Positions 20,850 to 31,900 of a stretch of 64,000 bases of DNA are shown here, piece after piece (positions within the stretch are counted from its first letter, which is position 1; every line of letters begins with the position of its first letter). Made by a program: the position numbers and the translations under genes. Under the pieces are notes generated by a model. That model was not told where the DNA came from and searched no databases. It was given only the letters and a program-made list of their open reading frames with translations. The stretch is from Lepidodermella squamata (lineage: Eukaryota > Animalia > Gastrotricha): assembly GCA_047495785.1 (NCBI GenBank), contig JBLDXI010000033.1:2728001-2792000 (forward strand), given 5' to 3'.

Positions 20850-21707
20850 TTCTAGCTAGCCAGTAATCCTTATGAGCCCGGCCATTTTACCGGCCTTATA
20901 TACCGGCCGGCTTGTAGTAGTATGATGTATGCCATAACAAGCGAGGCGAAGCCGAGCTATCTATCAGCTTGCTTATTATAAATTAGCTTGCTTTTTGCTT
21001 GCTTCTACTAATACTACTCCTACCAGTTTTGTAATATATATGCTTGCTAATAATGCAACTTGCTTAACCGAGAGATTTGCAATTGCTTGCTATAAATTGA
21101 ATATAAATCGCCTAAATTTAGTATCCCTAGATAATAATCAGCTTGCTTCTTACAAACTTGCTATTGTCTATTGTCTTGCTCTATCTACTTATCTAATATC
21201 AAGTTGCTAATTATCAAATAGCTTGCTATCTGCTTGCTCTTATCACAATACTTATTATCATGTATATCATCTTGCTATCTCTTGCTATCTCTATCTCGCT
21301 AATAACTAACTTGCTATCTAAGTATTGACTTACTATACACTATAGATTACTCATATTTCGCTTGTTATCATCTAGTATATATAAACTAGAATCATCGCTT
21401 GCTATAAATTACACAGATACCGCTAGCCATGTTTGTAACTTGCTATGGTAGCTTGCTTTTAACTTGCACGTTCTTTAGCTCTTCTCGATCGCGCTTGCTA
21501 GCGATATATTCGGTTGTCAGCGACGCTTGCTTCAAAAATCTGCATCGTCTTTTTTTTACATTTTGTTTTAAAATTAAATAATAAAGTGTTTTTAAATTAC
21601 GGAAAATATTTTTCTTATTTTATTGACGAAACTGTTATAGGTGCTCTATGAGAACCCCGGAAACCGGCGGCTTGCTTAGCAGCGGCTTGCTAGACTTCGA
21701 GCTTGCT
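20850..21707 (+). repeat. Dispersed same-strand CTTGCT motif array (~20 copies) at the right end of the insertion
   Basis: gcttgct/cttgcta recurring every ~20-60 bp between 20967 and 21707; also gcgaggcgaagccgagc at 20941. Confidence 0.65.
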
Positions 21708-21754
21708 TATCGCACCAATGCCAGTCAGCTGGTGTATTATGATTATGTATTATT

Positions 21755-22554
21755 ATGTATTATGCTTCTTTAGTAATGGTAGATTCCGGAATGGATTCTG
21801 ATACAGCGGAACTCGCAAACTTCGGCCTCAGCCTCCTTAACATTGCTGCAACTGGCTTGTCATCAGCAATTGTAGATAGGGCAGGAAGGCGCATATTGAT
21901 GCTAGCAGGCGTAATGGGCCTAGGCATTTCACTTGTCGGGCTGATGATAGTGCTCAGTTTCGACGTAAGCACGAAAATGAATCCATCTCTAGCACAAACT
22001 TATTGTTTTCTGATTTTGAAGGCCATCTATGGAGTCATAGCCGTTTTCGCCGTATTCCTTTTCTTTTTCTCAATCGGCCCAGGTAACACAATTATCTCGG
22101 GGAAGTAACGGTTTACATCGTTCCGTTTACATCATTAGGACCTGTACCATACATTATGACAGCTGAGCTGTTCCCACCGAGCGCTCGGCCGATGGCGATG
22201 AGCCTTTGTATCCTAATTAATTGGTTAACCAATCTGGCGGTGAGCATGCTATTTCCTATCGTAAAGGTGTGTTTATCCTTTGATTTTTTCGCGATAATAT
22301 TTAATCAAGAGTTTATCAAGGGCTGCATCGGCATTTATGCTTTCGTGCCATTCATAATTATGTGCGCTATTGAGTTTGCGATCATGTTCCTCTTTTTACC
22401 GGAGACCAACAACGTGCCAACTTCAGAGATCAGCGAAATGTTTGCGCCTGGAAAATCACTGTTTCATTTTCGGGGAAAAGCCGCACAGGCTTTCCAATAT
22501 GCCGAGCATAAGGACCCTAAGACGAAATCTGACGCTGACAACAATTATTTATAA
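21755..22554 (+). pseudogene. GLUT transporter copy 2, 3' half (rest of TM7 to TM12 and C-tail)
   Basis: MYYASLVMVDSGMDSDTAELANFG, DRAGRR, GPGPVPYIMTAELFP, LPETNN; introns at ~21965, 22083 and 22267; frame intact. Confidence 0.88.
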
Positions 22555-22957
22555 AATTATTCAGCAACTGAGAATAACCTTAAATATTTATGAAAATTGC
22601 CTGTAAACATAAAAAAATAAACGCAAGCAACTTTTACAGGTGCAAAAATGTCGACGTTAGAGAAGCATGATTTATTTCCAGATCTCTACACTTTCCCAAG
22701 CTGATCAAAGTCACGAAATGCGTTATATTTTATATTATGATACTCGAACCAAACTATTAGAATCCCAGTTTACCGTGAATGAAAGGAAATTAGAAAAGAA
22801 AAGTTATATCCATATACCTAATGCAGTAATGCAGGTGAGAAAGAGCCTTTTAGTTTTAAAGCATCTGCGTCAAAAGATTCAAGGTAAACAATCTATCAAA
22901 TAAAATATTAGTAAGGCAAGACATGAAAGAGTGAGTTATTCTACTACAAAAAAGACT

Positions 22958-25900
22958 TTAGGAAATGTTGGCGTTGACGCCATTTTTCTTCAAAGCTTCG
23001 CGGAGTTGCTCCTTCACAGCGTCAGCATTGTCCTTTGGCAGCGGCGGCGCCGTAAGCTGCGTCGAACCTTTCTTCGCACTGCCCGCATCCGAGATGTTAC
23101 TCTTAGGCGCAGCAGTATCGGCACTCAGCCCTGTTCCTTCGTAGATTAGCTTGTACTTGAGCGCACTCTCAGGTTTTCCAGGGTCACTAAAAATGTCAAG
23201 TTCACCTCATGATTATCAATATGGATTTCTAACCTTTCCCAATAGAACAGATACTCCGTTGCACCAAAACGGCCCTCTTTGACAGCAGCTCGCCTGATAA
23301 CGGCTGTATTCGCGTCTTTGTCGACCAAAATAGATCGCATATTGCCGAGCGAGACTGCCTGTAGCACGAACTCGTAGCCATCTTTAGGTAGCTTCTTTGC
23401 AGCTACTTTGCGCGCGCCCGATTCACTTCGGCTGCCCTCGATCGTCATTCGTAAACCGATCGGCCGAGCAACAGTATCATCCTCGGGGCCGTACAACTTG
23501 ACGTAGTAATCGATGACTGATAGCAAACATTTAGAAGTTATTATTTAATTAATTTTGTGAAAAACACTTACATTGAGTGGTGGGATGTTTAAACCGGACA
23601 ATCGGGTGCTCGCAGCAGCCGTCATTTGGTTTGCCGCACAGGTGCGCAAAGTTGAAGTGAAGCTGTTCCCCGCTCTCCCGATCGGTGGCATATACATCTT
23701 TTATACACCATGTAGCAGAAGAGGCATCTTCGACGCGAAGTTTCAAAAGATCCTTCAATTTCGCCTCCTCTAGCGTGAACACCTGTCCCTGGGTCGTTAC
23801 CGTTTCGGCCGGATTCAAAGTCAGCGTCTCCTTGGCTTGAATGCTGGCGCTAGATCCGCTAAACAGAATTATGGTCACAGGCCGCGAGGGGCCAGGTTCA
23901 GCAGTTGTGATGATTCGACAGTCGAAATTGCCACTGAAATGTTCCGGCGGATTGTCAAGCACTCGTGGTTGGTCCCAAACAGGCGTAAAATCAACATAGA
24001 TTTTACGATCGCCGGTTCCGCTGTCCAACCAACGGAACGCAGGGAACACTAGTACCGGCTTAGAGATGTCCCCAGCATCGCGAACTTGACATTCGTTGAT
24101 AAACCAGCCGAGACCACGACCAGTCGATAGATGGCCCAAACCGATAGTTTTGACAGTACCCACTGAAACAATAAAAACATCGCAGATATCGCGTGCTCCG
24201 CGCTGAAACATTTTCGGCCTGTCGCTTTTAAGAAGGAACACTTTTCCGGAATCTCCCCACGTGCCCTGGATATTCGCGTAAACAGCTGAATCTGGATCTG
24301 CGCGTTCTTTGTCACCAGTGAATATGCACACCTCGTAACCAACCTCAGCAATCGGAGCCAGATCAGGTCTTATGACACCGAAATCTGTACTGCCAGCGCC
24401 ACCCGTCGCGGCACTAGCCTCAAGAGCACGTATCGGCGCAGCGAGCAGCTCTTGCTTTGTCTTCGTGTCAGAAAGGTTAACCTGATCTATTTTCCAAGAA
24501 AAAGCTCCTTCACTCTGCACAGCGACTCGAAGTTTAACTATCGGACCAATAGCTCCGAAAGACGTCTGGAAAGGTTGCGGCTTCGCCAGGTTACCGGCTA
24601 GTTTCAGCAAATCAACCGGGTCTGATTGCTTGCCGCTTGCTGAGTAAGCGGTAAGTGTCAGCGCTGTAGCTTTTCCCGATGGCGCATTATTCACCGTTAG
24701 CTGTACTTTGTAGGAGCCTGATGATGGCTGCGGTCCTGGCTGGAAGCGCCTGTCGTATTGAAGCGCAACGCCTGTCATTTCCGTTTCCGGATGCTTGAAT
24801 TTCGTCACTTGCCCACTCTGCACGAATTGCACATCAGAGAATACTGCCTCGAAAACATCGTGCTCTGTCCTGCGAATTCGAATCCGCTTCACTTGCCAGT
24901 TGCCACTGGAATGCGCTGACTCGGCGAAACTGAGGTGCGCTTCTTTGATATCGCCAAGGTCAACAGCAGGCATGAAAAAAATGTCCGTAGTACCCGGCTT
25001 GCCAAACACCTGGCCGCCACCAGTCTGCGAACGCGAACGGAGCAAGTAACGTTCGCCTGTGTCGCCCTCAGAACCAACAATCATGCATTTGACACTGCCG
25101 TTTTTCAAGCCACCGCTCGCTTTAGAAGCGCCTCCTGTTTCGATAATCAATATGTAGGGCAAAGTCACTGGCGTGTTCGGTGGGGCATTCGATTTTGCCG
25201 CAACAGATTTGTTGCTTGCACCAGAGGTGGGCGCAGGAGGCGGCTGAACAACGGCCAATTCGCGACACAGACTGCCATCTTCGGCTTCGGGACCGAGCCA
25301 CCGGTCCAGGTAAAATAAATATTGGAAAGCTGTTGCTCCTGAAGCGTCCGTCAATTTTACCTATATGAAGACATTTATAGATACATGCAAAAGTCTAACT
25401 AATGAAATCCTCACCCAATCGAGATTGAGCGGGTCGGCTTCCCCTTCCGGCGAGTACGTGTCAATAGAAATTTTGCGCAGCTGACCGATGTCTCCAGAGT
25501 TGTATTCGAATTCAGCCACAGCGTTTGCAGCAAAATTCTCTCCAGCTCTGACACCATTAGAGAGCTTGGCTCGTTTCGATTTACCGCGGCTGCCGTACAT
25601 TGTCATGTATACCTCGGTGTTGTAGCCGGGTAGGGTGTCTGGACCTGACTTCGTTTTCACCTTCCATTTTTGCGGAATTTTGGGAGCCTTCGGGTCAAGT
25701 TTGGTCAGCTGATCAGCGGCAGGTATTGTATCGACGAAACGCAGAGTCCGTTCAATCTAGTAAAATCACAAAAAACTAAAGACTTTTCCCATTCGAATAA
25801 TCTCCTTCCTTACATGCCCATCATCTTCCCAAGGGTCCAGCCATCGACCGCAAGGGAATATTAGTGAATTATCAGGATCGGTCGATGCTGTAACTCTGAT

Positions 25901-28900
25901 GATATCGACAAAAGTTCCTCCACCGTGACCCTTAGTATCACAGCCAATCGTCAGCTGCTTCAACCCCTTCAGATCAATAGCCTCGACCGGGAATGGCAGC
26001 ATTTTGCCTCGAGTGCATACAGCTTTCTTCTTCGCAGCTGTATAGAACAGATAGCGTTTGCCAGTATCACCTTGTTCGCCGGTGATACGCACCCATAGCG
26101 GGGATTCGCTTTCTGCGAACCAGTGATCGCCAATAACGACGCCGACGTAGTAGATAACCGTGCGTTGCTCCGGTTTCTTGCCCTTCACCGAAAGCGCAGC
26201 CTCGCGATCTAGGTGACTGTCTGGGGCTTTTTCAATTGATAACCACTTGTCGAACGTGAATAGCATTTCCTCTTTCGTCGCAGTATCAACCAGCTTCACC
26301 CAATCCACGTGCCAGTCGAATGGTTCGAACTTATTAGCGTGGCCGAGTCGAACCTTGTAGATTTTGCCGAGTCCCAGAGCTTTCACTGGAGCTTCATCCT
26401 CTTGATCAGGTTGCCAGGGCGTCGTACTTTTCGGTGTCAGTTCGTTGTCGTTTGTGTGATTTTGATCGCCATAAATCGCTAGTGTTATCTTCTTGCCAGC
26501 CGGAGCTTTCCCGGAATCCTTGGCTGTTTTTATAATGACCTTATATTCACCCTCTGTTATGAAAAAACAAACGGCTGAATAAAGACTATTTTTTAGTGAA
26601 AACGATTACGTACTAGACTCGCCGGGTGGCTCGCCAGGATACAAAAATCGCTCCGTTTTGCCGTCGTCTTGGGCTGTGTCGAACCATTTTGAGCACGGGA
26701 AGTACCACTGTTTTTCCTCTCCCTTAATTTTTGTGGTCACAATGACTCTTTCAATATACCATCCTGCACCCTCAGCAATGTCGCCATGGCCTATGAAAAC
26801 CTTTTGAAGTTCATCTAAATCGACGGCCTGAAAAAATGAAATGTTATAGCTATTGGGCCCATGGTTTTTATATGGTCTCGGCTCACCTCAACGTGAAAGA
26901 TGTCGATTTGGTTGGAACGGAATTTCGTCTTATTATTCCGAGACCAGTATAGGATTCGCTTGCCAGTGTCACCTCGTTTGCCAAACAACTGAATAAAACA
27001 GCGGGCATCCGTTTCAGCCCCCGGCAGCTTGCCCGTAAGTATTGAAACTTCGTAGATGAGAATGGGCAAGTTCGCAGATGGCGATGGCAACTCGCGCCAA
27101 ACATCTTTGTCTTCATGCACTCGGGTAAGCCAGCGACCGCATTTATACAGCGTAAGATCGCCAGTCTTGTTGTCCTTGATGCGAACTTTTTCGACATACC
27201 AAGTTGAAGTTTCATTGTCATCCTCTTCATGCCCGAAACGGATCTTGTACATCTTCCCTGGATTTTCCCCGTTCAACTTCACTTGGAAAGTGTCAACTTT
27301 GCCTGGTTTGAAGAGCGATGTATCTTTCTTGCGATTCAGGACCAGTGGGCCAACGATGTTCTTATCGCCATAGGCCCATAGTTCGATGCGATTCGTCTGA
27401 TTGCCACACGCAGGCTCCGCATTGCCAGTCGTTATCTCAACTTCCCAGTCACCCGGCTCTTTGGGTTCCTCTTTTTTCTCTTCTTCCTTCTTCTCTTCTT
27501 TTGGCGGCGGTGCCTTGTCAACTTTAAGCACCTAGGAAATCAAACGAATATAAATTAACCATGAAAGTTCGTGGAAAAAAGCTCAATTACCCTTTCGATT
27601 TTGCCATCATCTTGACTGCGATCGAACCAACGTTTGCATGGAAAGAACCATTTACGCTGCGTGGGTTTTTCAAGCCTTACGACGACGTAGTCTACGAACC
27701 AACCAGCGCCTCGGTCCTCAGACTTGTGGCCAAGCAGGACTTCAGTCAGCTCATCCAAGTCGACAGCTTCAACCTGGAACTGATCGACCTGGCCTAACTG
27801 AAACATCGTTTTGTTGTTGAGGGACTTGTACAGTCGTCTAATGCCGGTATCCCCACGCCGACCGCGTATCTCGATGTAGGGCTCTGCCTCAGTATCAGCA
27901 CCTGGCTCTTTGCCAGTGGCTACTTCGACTTTGTAAATGAAAATTTCGAGAGGCGTCTTTCCCGGTCGAACTACCGGCAACTCGCGCCAGACATCCAGAT
28001 CTTCGTGGGTACGAGACATCCAACGGGCGCAGGGAAATTGAAAGACGGCGTTGTTGAAGAGATCTTTCATTTTGACGCGCTCGCAAAACCAAGGATCTGG
28101 GGTATTTTCGACTCGACCAATTCTTATCTTATACAACTCGCCGACTTTGTAATCGATGAAAATCTGCACGCAAATGGGCAATGTAACGGCGAATTTCACA
28201 TTTAATTAATGAAACAAACCTTGAATTCGTCCGTCTGGCTGAGTTTGAAATGTCCCGATCTGCCTGACCCTAAAATAATAGGGCCAGCCTTGCCTCGATC
28301 GCCGTAGCCATAGGCCCACAGCACTACAGTATCCTGCGTTTCCATGTTGCCTTCGCTACCAGTTGTCGTCCATATATTCCAATCACCCTCTAATTACATA
28401 CATGAAATAAAAAAATAGATTAGCAAAGGTCAGGTTGCCAATAAACTTGGCCTGTGTAATAAAAAAATGTCATAATATTTAGGCGAAATACTCGGATAAA
28501 TGAAAACGAATTTTGCATTTAAAATAAATTATCCGAAGCTAAAAGCTAAAAAATAGTCGTGAAACCAAAATCGGTAGTTTCACCATCATTCGGAACCAAA
28601 GCTCAACTCAACGTGAGAAATAAAATTATCAGGTTAGCTAAACCTTTTCCGGCTGGTTCGTCTACAAAGCGGGTGATGATGCGCATAGGATTTTAGTTCA
28701 TAATCGTTCATAATCGACGGTATTTGAAAACACACCCTTTGCCGGTGGTGGACCAGGTCTTAGAATTCGTTCGATCAAACCATCGTCCTCGTACTTGTCA
28801 AACCACCTATATTTTGTCACATTTAAAAAGTGCGAACGAATGGAAAGCGACGAAAATCTTACTTATTGCAAGGAAAGTACCACGCCATGCTTGATGCTTT

Positions 28901-31900
28901 TGTTTGCTCGGAGGACAAGAACACGGCGATACGCTCAAGGAACCAGCCGCCACCTCGCTCTGTGTTGTTGTGCCCGACAAGCAGCTCTTGTAGCTCATCA
29001 AGATCGACAGCTTTAAGACGAATAATGCATCAGTTCTGCAAGTTTGTTACGTCTCTCCTTACCTTCAATTTCAAACTCGTCCAGTTGGCCATTGCGAAAC
29101 TTTTTGGTAGTCCCATTCAGCTTTTTCCACAACACTCTAGGGCCTGAATCCCCACGGCGGCCTCGGATCTCAACGTAGATACGCGCGTCCGTTTCAGCGC
29201 CTGGCTTCTTCCCGGTATAAACCTCCAACTTGTAGCGATAAACTAAATTTGATCAGTTATGAAAGGATTCACTAAAATGGGACTTGAAAATTCCACCTGG
29301 TAACGGAGTTTGTCCTGGCCAAACAGCTGGCAACTTTAAATTTAACAGCCAAGTTGAGATAGATTGTTACTAATGAAACGCAATTGTCTAACCTCCCGCC
29401 AAACGTCCTCGTCGTCACGCTTCCTTGACATCCATCGGCTGAAAAATGTTGACAATGAGTGCAATCACCTCTGCAGAAAACCATGTAACCTACTGGCAAT
29501 CGAAATTGAGCACATATTTTCCTGTCCTGTTTTTCGCCTTAACCTGGGTAACACGACAAGCATAGAATTAATCAGATTCATATTAATTTTCATCTGCTCA
29601 CGTTTTCCAAAAACCAGCCCTCATCAGTGTCTTCACGGCGACCTATTCGAATTTTATAAAGCTTGCCCAACATAGGCGAAGGCCAGTTAACCAGGAACTC
29701 GTCGGTTTGTCCTAAATCGCAAAACTTTTTAAAAGGTCCATTCCATCTCATGATTAAATTGCCAACCAGGTTTGAAATATTTATTCGAATTAGCAGGAGC
29801 CAATGTTACAGGTCCAACTCGGCCCTGAACGCCGTACGCCCACAGCACAACAGTATCCGTAGTAGCCATCGCCTGTTCCGGTCCCGTAAGAGTTATGATG
29901 TCCCATTCTCCATCTAGTTAAAGTATAGTTGTAGATAAGCAACAGTGATACAGTAAAAATACCTTTGCTAGATTTTGCTGTTTTGAGTGCGTGAAAGCAA
30001 AGTCATGATCATAGATATTGCCGAGGCAAGAGGAACTTACGCCTTAGACCTGGTCTTAGCACCCGCTCGATTTCCTGATCACCTTCGGCTTTGTCGAACC
30101 ACCTTAATTAAAAATGATGATGGCCATCTTCGTATAATATCGTAAAAAATACTTGTCGCAAGGAAAGAACCATTCCTGTTTAACCGGGTATTCACAGCGA
30201 ACTGTGACTGATTCGATAAAGAAACCCATTCCCGGATTTTCGTTGTGGTGACCAATCAGTATTTCTTTCAACTATTTAAAAATCAATAGATATCGACAAC
30301 GGAGCTTGCAGAAAATGAAAACCAACATCATCGAGGTCGACAGCTTCAACCAGGAAAGTATCCTTCTGACCAGCCAAGAATTTAGTTTTATTATTGAGCG
30401 AGAAAAACAGTTGTCGATGGCCAGTGTCTCCACGGCTACCGCGCAATTCGATATGAACCTTTGTTTCAGGTTTAATCGGGCGCTGGCTGCCAAGTTTCAC
30501 GTCGACGAAGTATTTGCAAACTGAATAATCGCCAAAATTGGCATGCCTCTATAACTAGCTCAATGACATTACTTTCTAGAGGATCCGTGCTTGGCCGGAT
30601 AGCCGGGCTTTCGCGAACGACATCGAAATCTTCCTGCGTTCGCGACATCCAACGCCGGTACCAGAACGTTAGACTTTCCTCTGTTTCCAAGTTCTTCATT
30701 ATGACCTTTTCGACGTACCACTCATCGCCAGCAACGTTGTCCAGGTGCCCAATTCGAATCTTGTATATCGATCCGATTGAGGTGTTTATCACGACCTTGA
30801 AATTGTCTGTAGTGTTGACTCTGAAGTTGCCGGCATTTCCACTGCCCAAGGCTAAAGGTCCGACTTTTGAGACTCGTCCGGTGCCGTACACCCACAATTC
30901 GGCTTTTCCTTTAAGGCTAGCCTGTCCTGTTGTTACCCAAACATTCCACTCCCCAGCTGAAAATTTACAGTAGAATTTAGAATGTAAGGAATTGAAGTCG
31001 AAGGCTAGCAACTCACGCTGTGGGAGGGCAGGTGGCGGCTCAGCTGGCTTTGGCGGCGGTGGTGCCGGAGCAGGCGCGGGTGCAGGCGCCGGCTGCTGCG
31101 GAGGATATGGATAAGGCAAGTCTTGGGAGAAGTTGAGTTAATTAATTTTATCCCATTTAGGATAATGAATCGACATTACAAGGAAAAGCTGGAGCAGGAG
31201 GCTGAGCAAAAATTATGATGGGCTGACCAGGCTGTTGTTGGTACATAGGTTGTTGAGGTGGAAGGTAGGGTTGTTCTGGAATGAGATACAGATTAAAATT
31301 GATGTTCATATACCTAAGTGAGATTGCTCGATTGATCACAAAACTTCTAATGTCTATAACACGAACAGAAAACGTAAGCTATTGAAACTATAATCGCGGG
31401 GTTATCCGGAAACGCTGGAATGCAGGGATTCAATAAACAACCTCGGACTCGTTGCGGCTCGTCTGGTGAACAAGCGTTTCCGTAAAATCAAGTAACAACC
31501 ACGACAATAATAAAACAAATTATCCGAAACTACGCTGCTATCAAACTAATGCATGCTTTAAACTATATGTATCGCTAAGAAAAATCATGATTAAATTGAA
31601 ATTAAAATTAAAATTAAATCTGATCTAAAAGGTCAGCATCGAATTTCTCAAGCGCAAACGACCTCTGATAAAGTGGATACGCTGTGGTTCGTCTGTTCGG
31701 CCGTCAAAGTATCAAGCAGTTTAAAAGCCCAATTTAAATTAAGTTCCTATTGCTATATCAAATAGATGCTATCTACTTCTATATTCTATACTATTCTATA
31801 CTAACTATATTAACGGATCTACGATTCAAATCAATAAATATTAGCGCTATATGTTCATTTGTAAAAAAATTAAAGTATGTTATCTAACGTACTTCTCGGC

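Larger units (their letters stand above)
4898..21754. mobile_element. ~16.9 kb composite insertion (putative giant mobile element or nested insertions) inside GLUT copy 2
   Basis: GLUT coding sequence ends ...GGG GCT ATT (4897) and resumes ATG TAT TAT GCT (21755), matching contiguous GAVMYYA of copy 1; the interval holds orphan genes, a nuclease-like gene and captured fragments; no clear TIRs or transposase seen. Confidence 0.7.

Noticed and set aside
4898-21754. Insertion removed as one giant intron restoring GLUT copy 2
   Set aside because: GT is present at 4898, but there is no AG directly before 21755; the nearest AGs (21724, 21728) give a stop or the wrong frame
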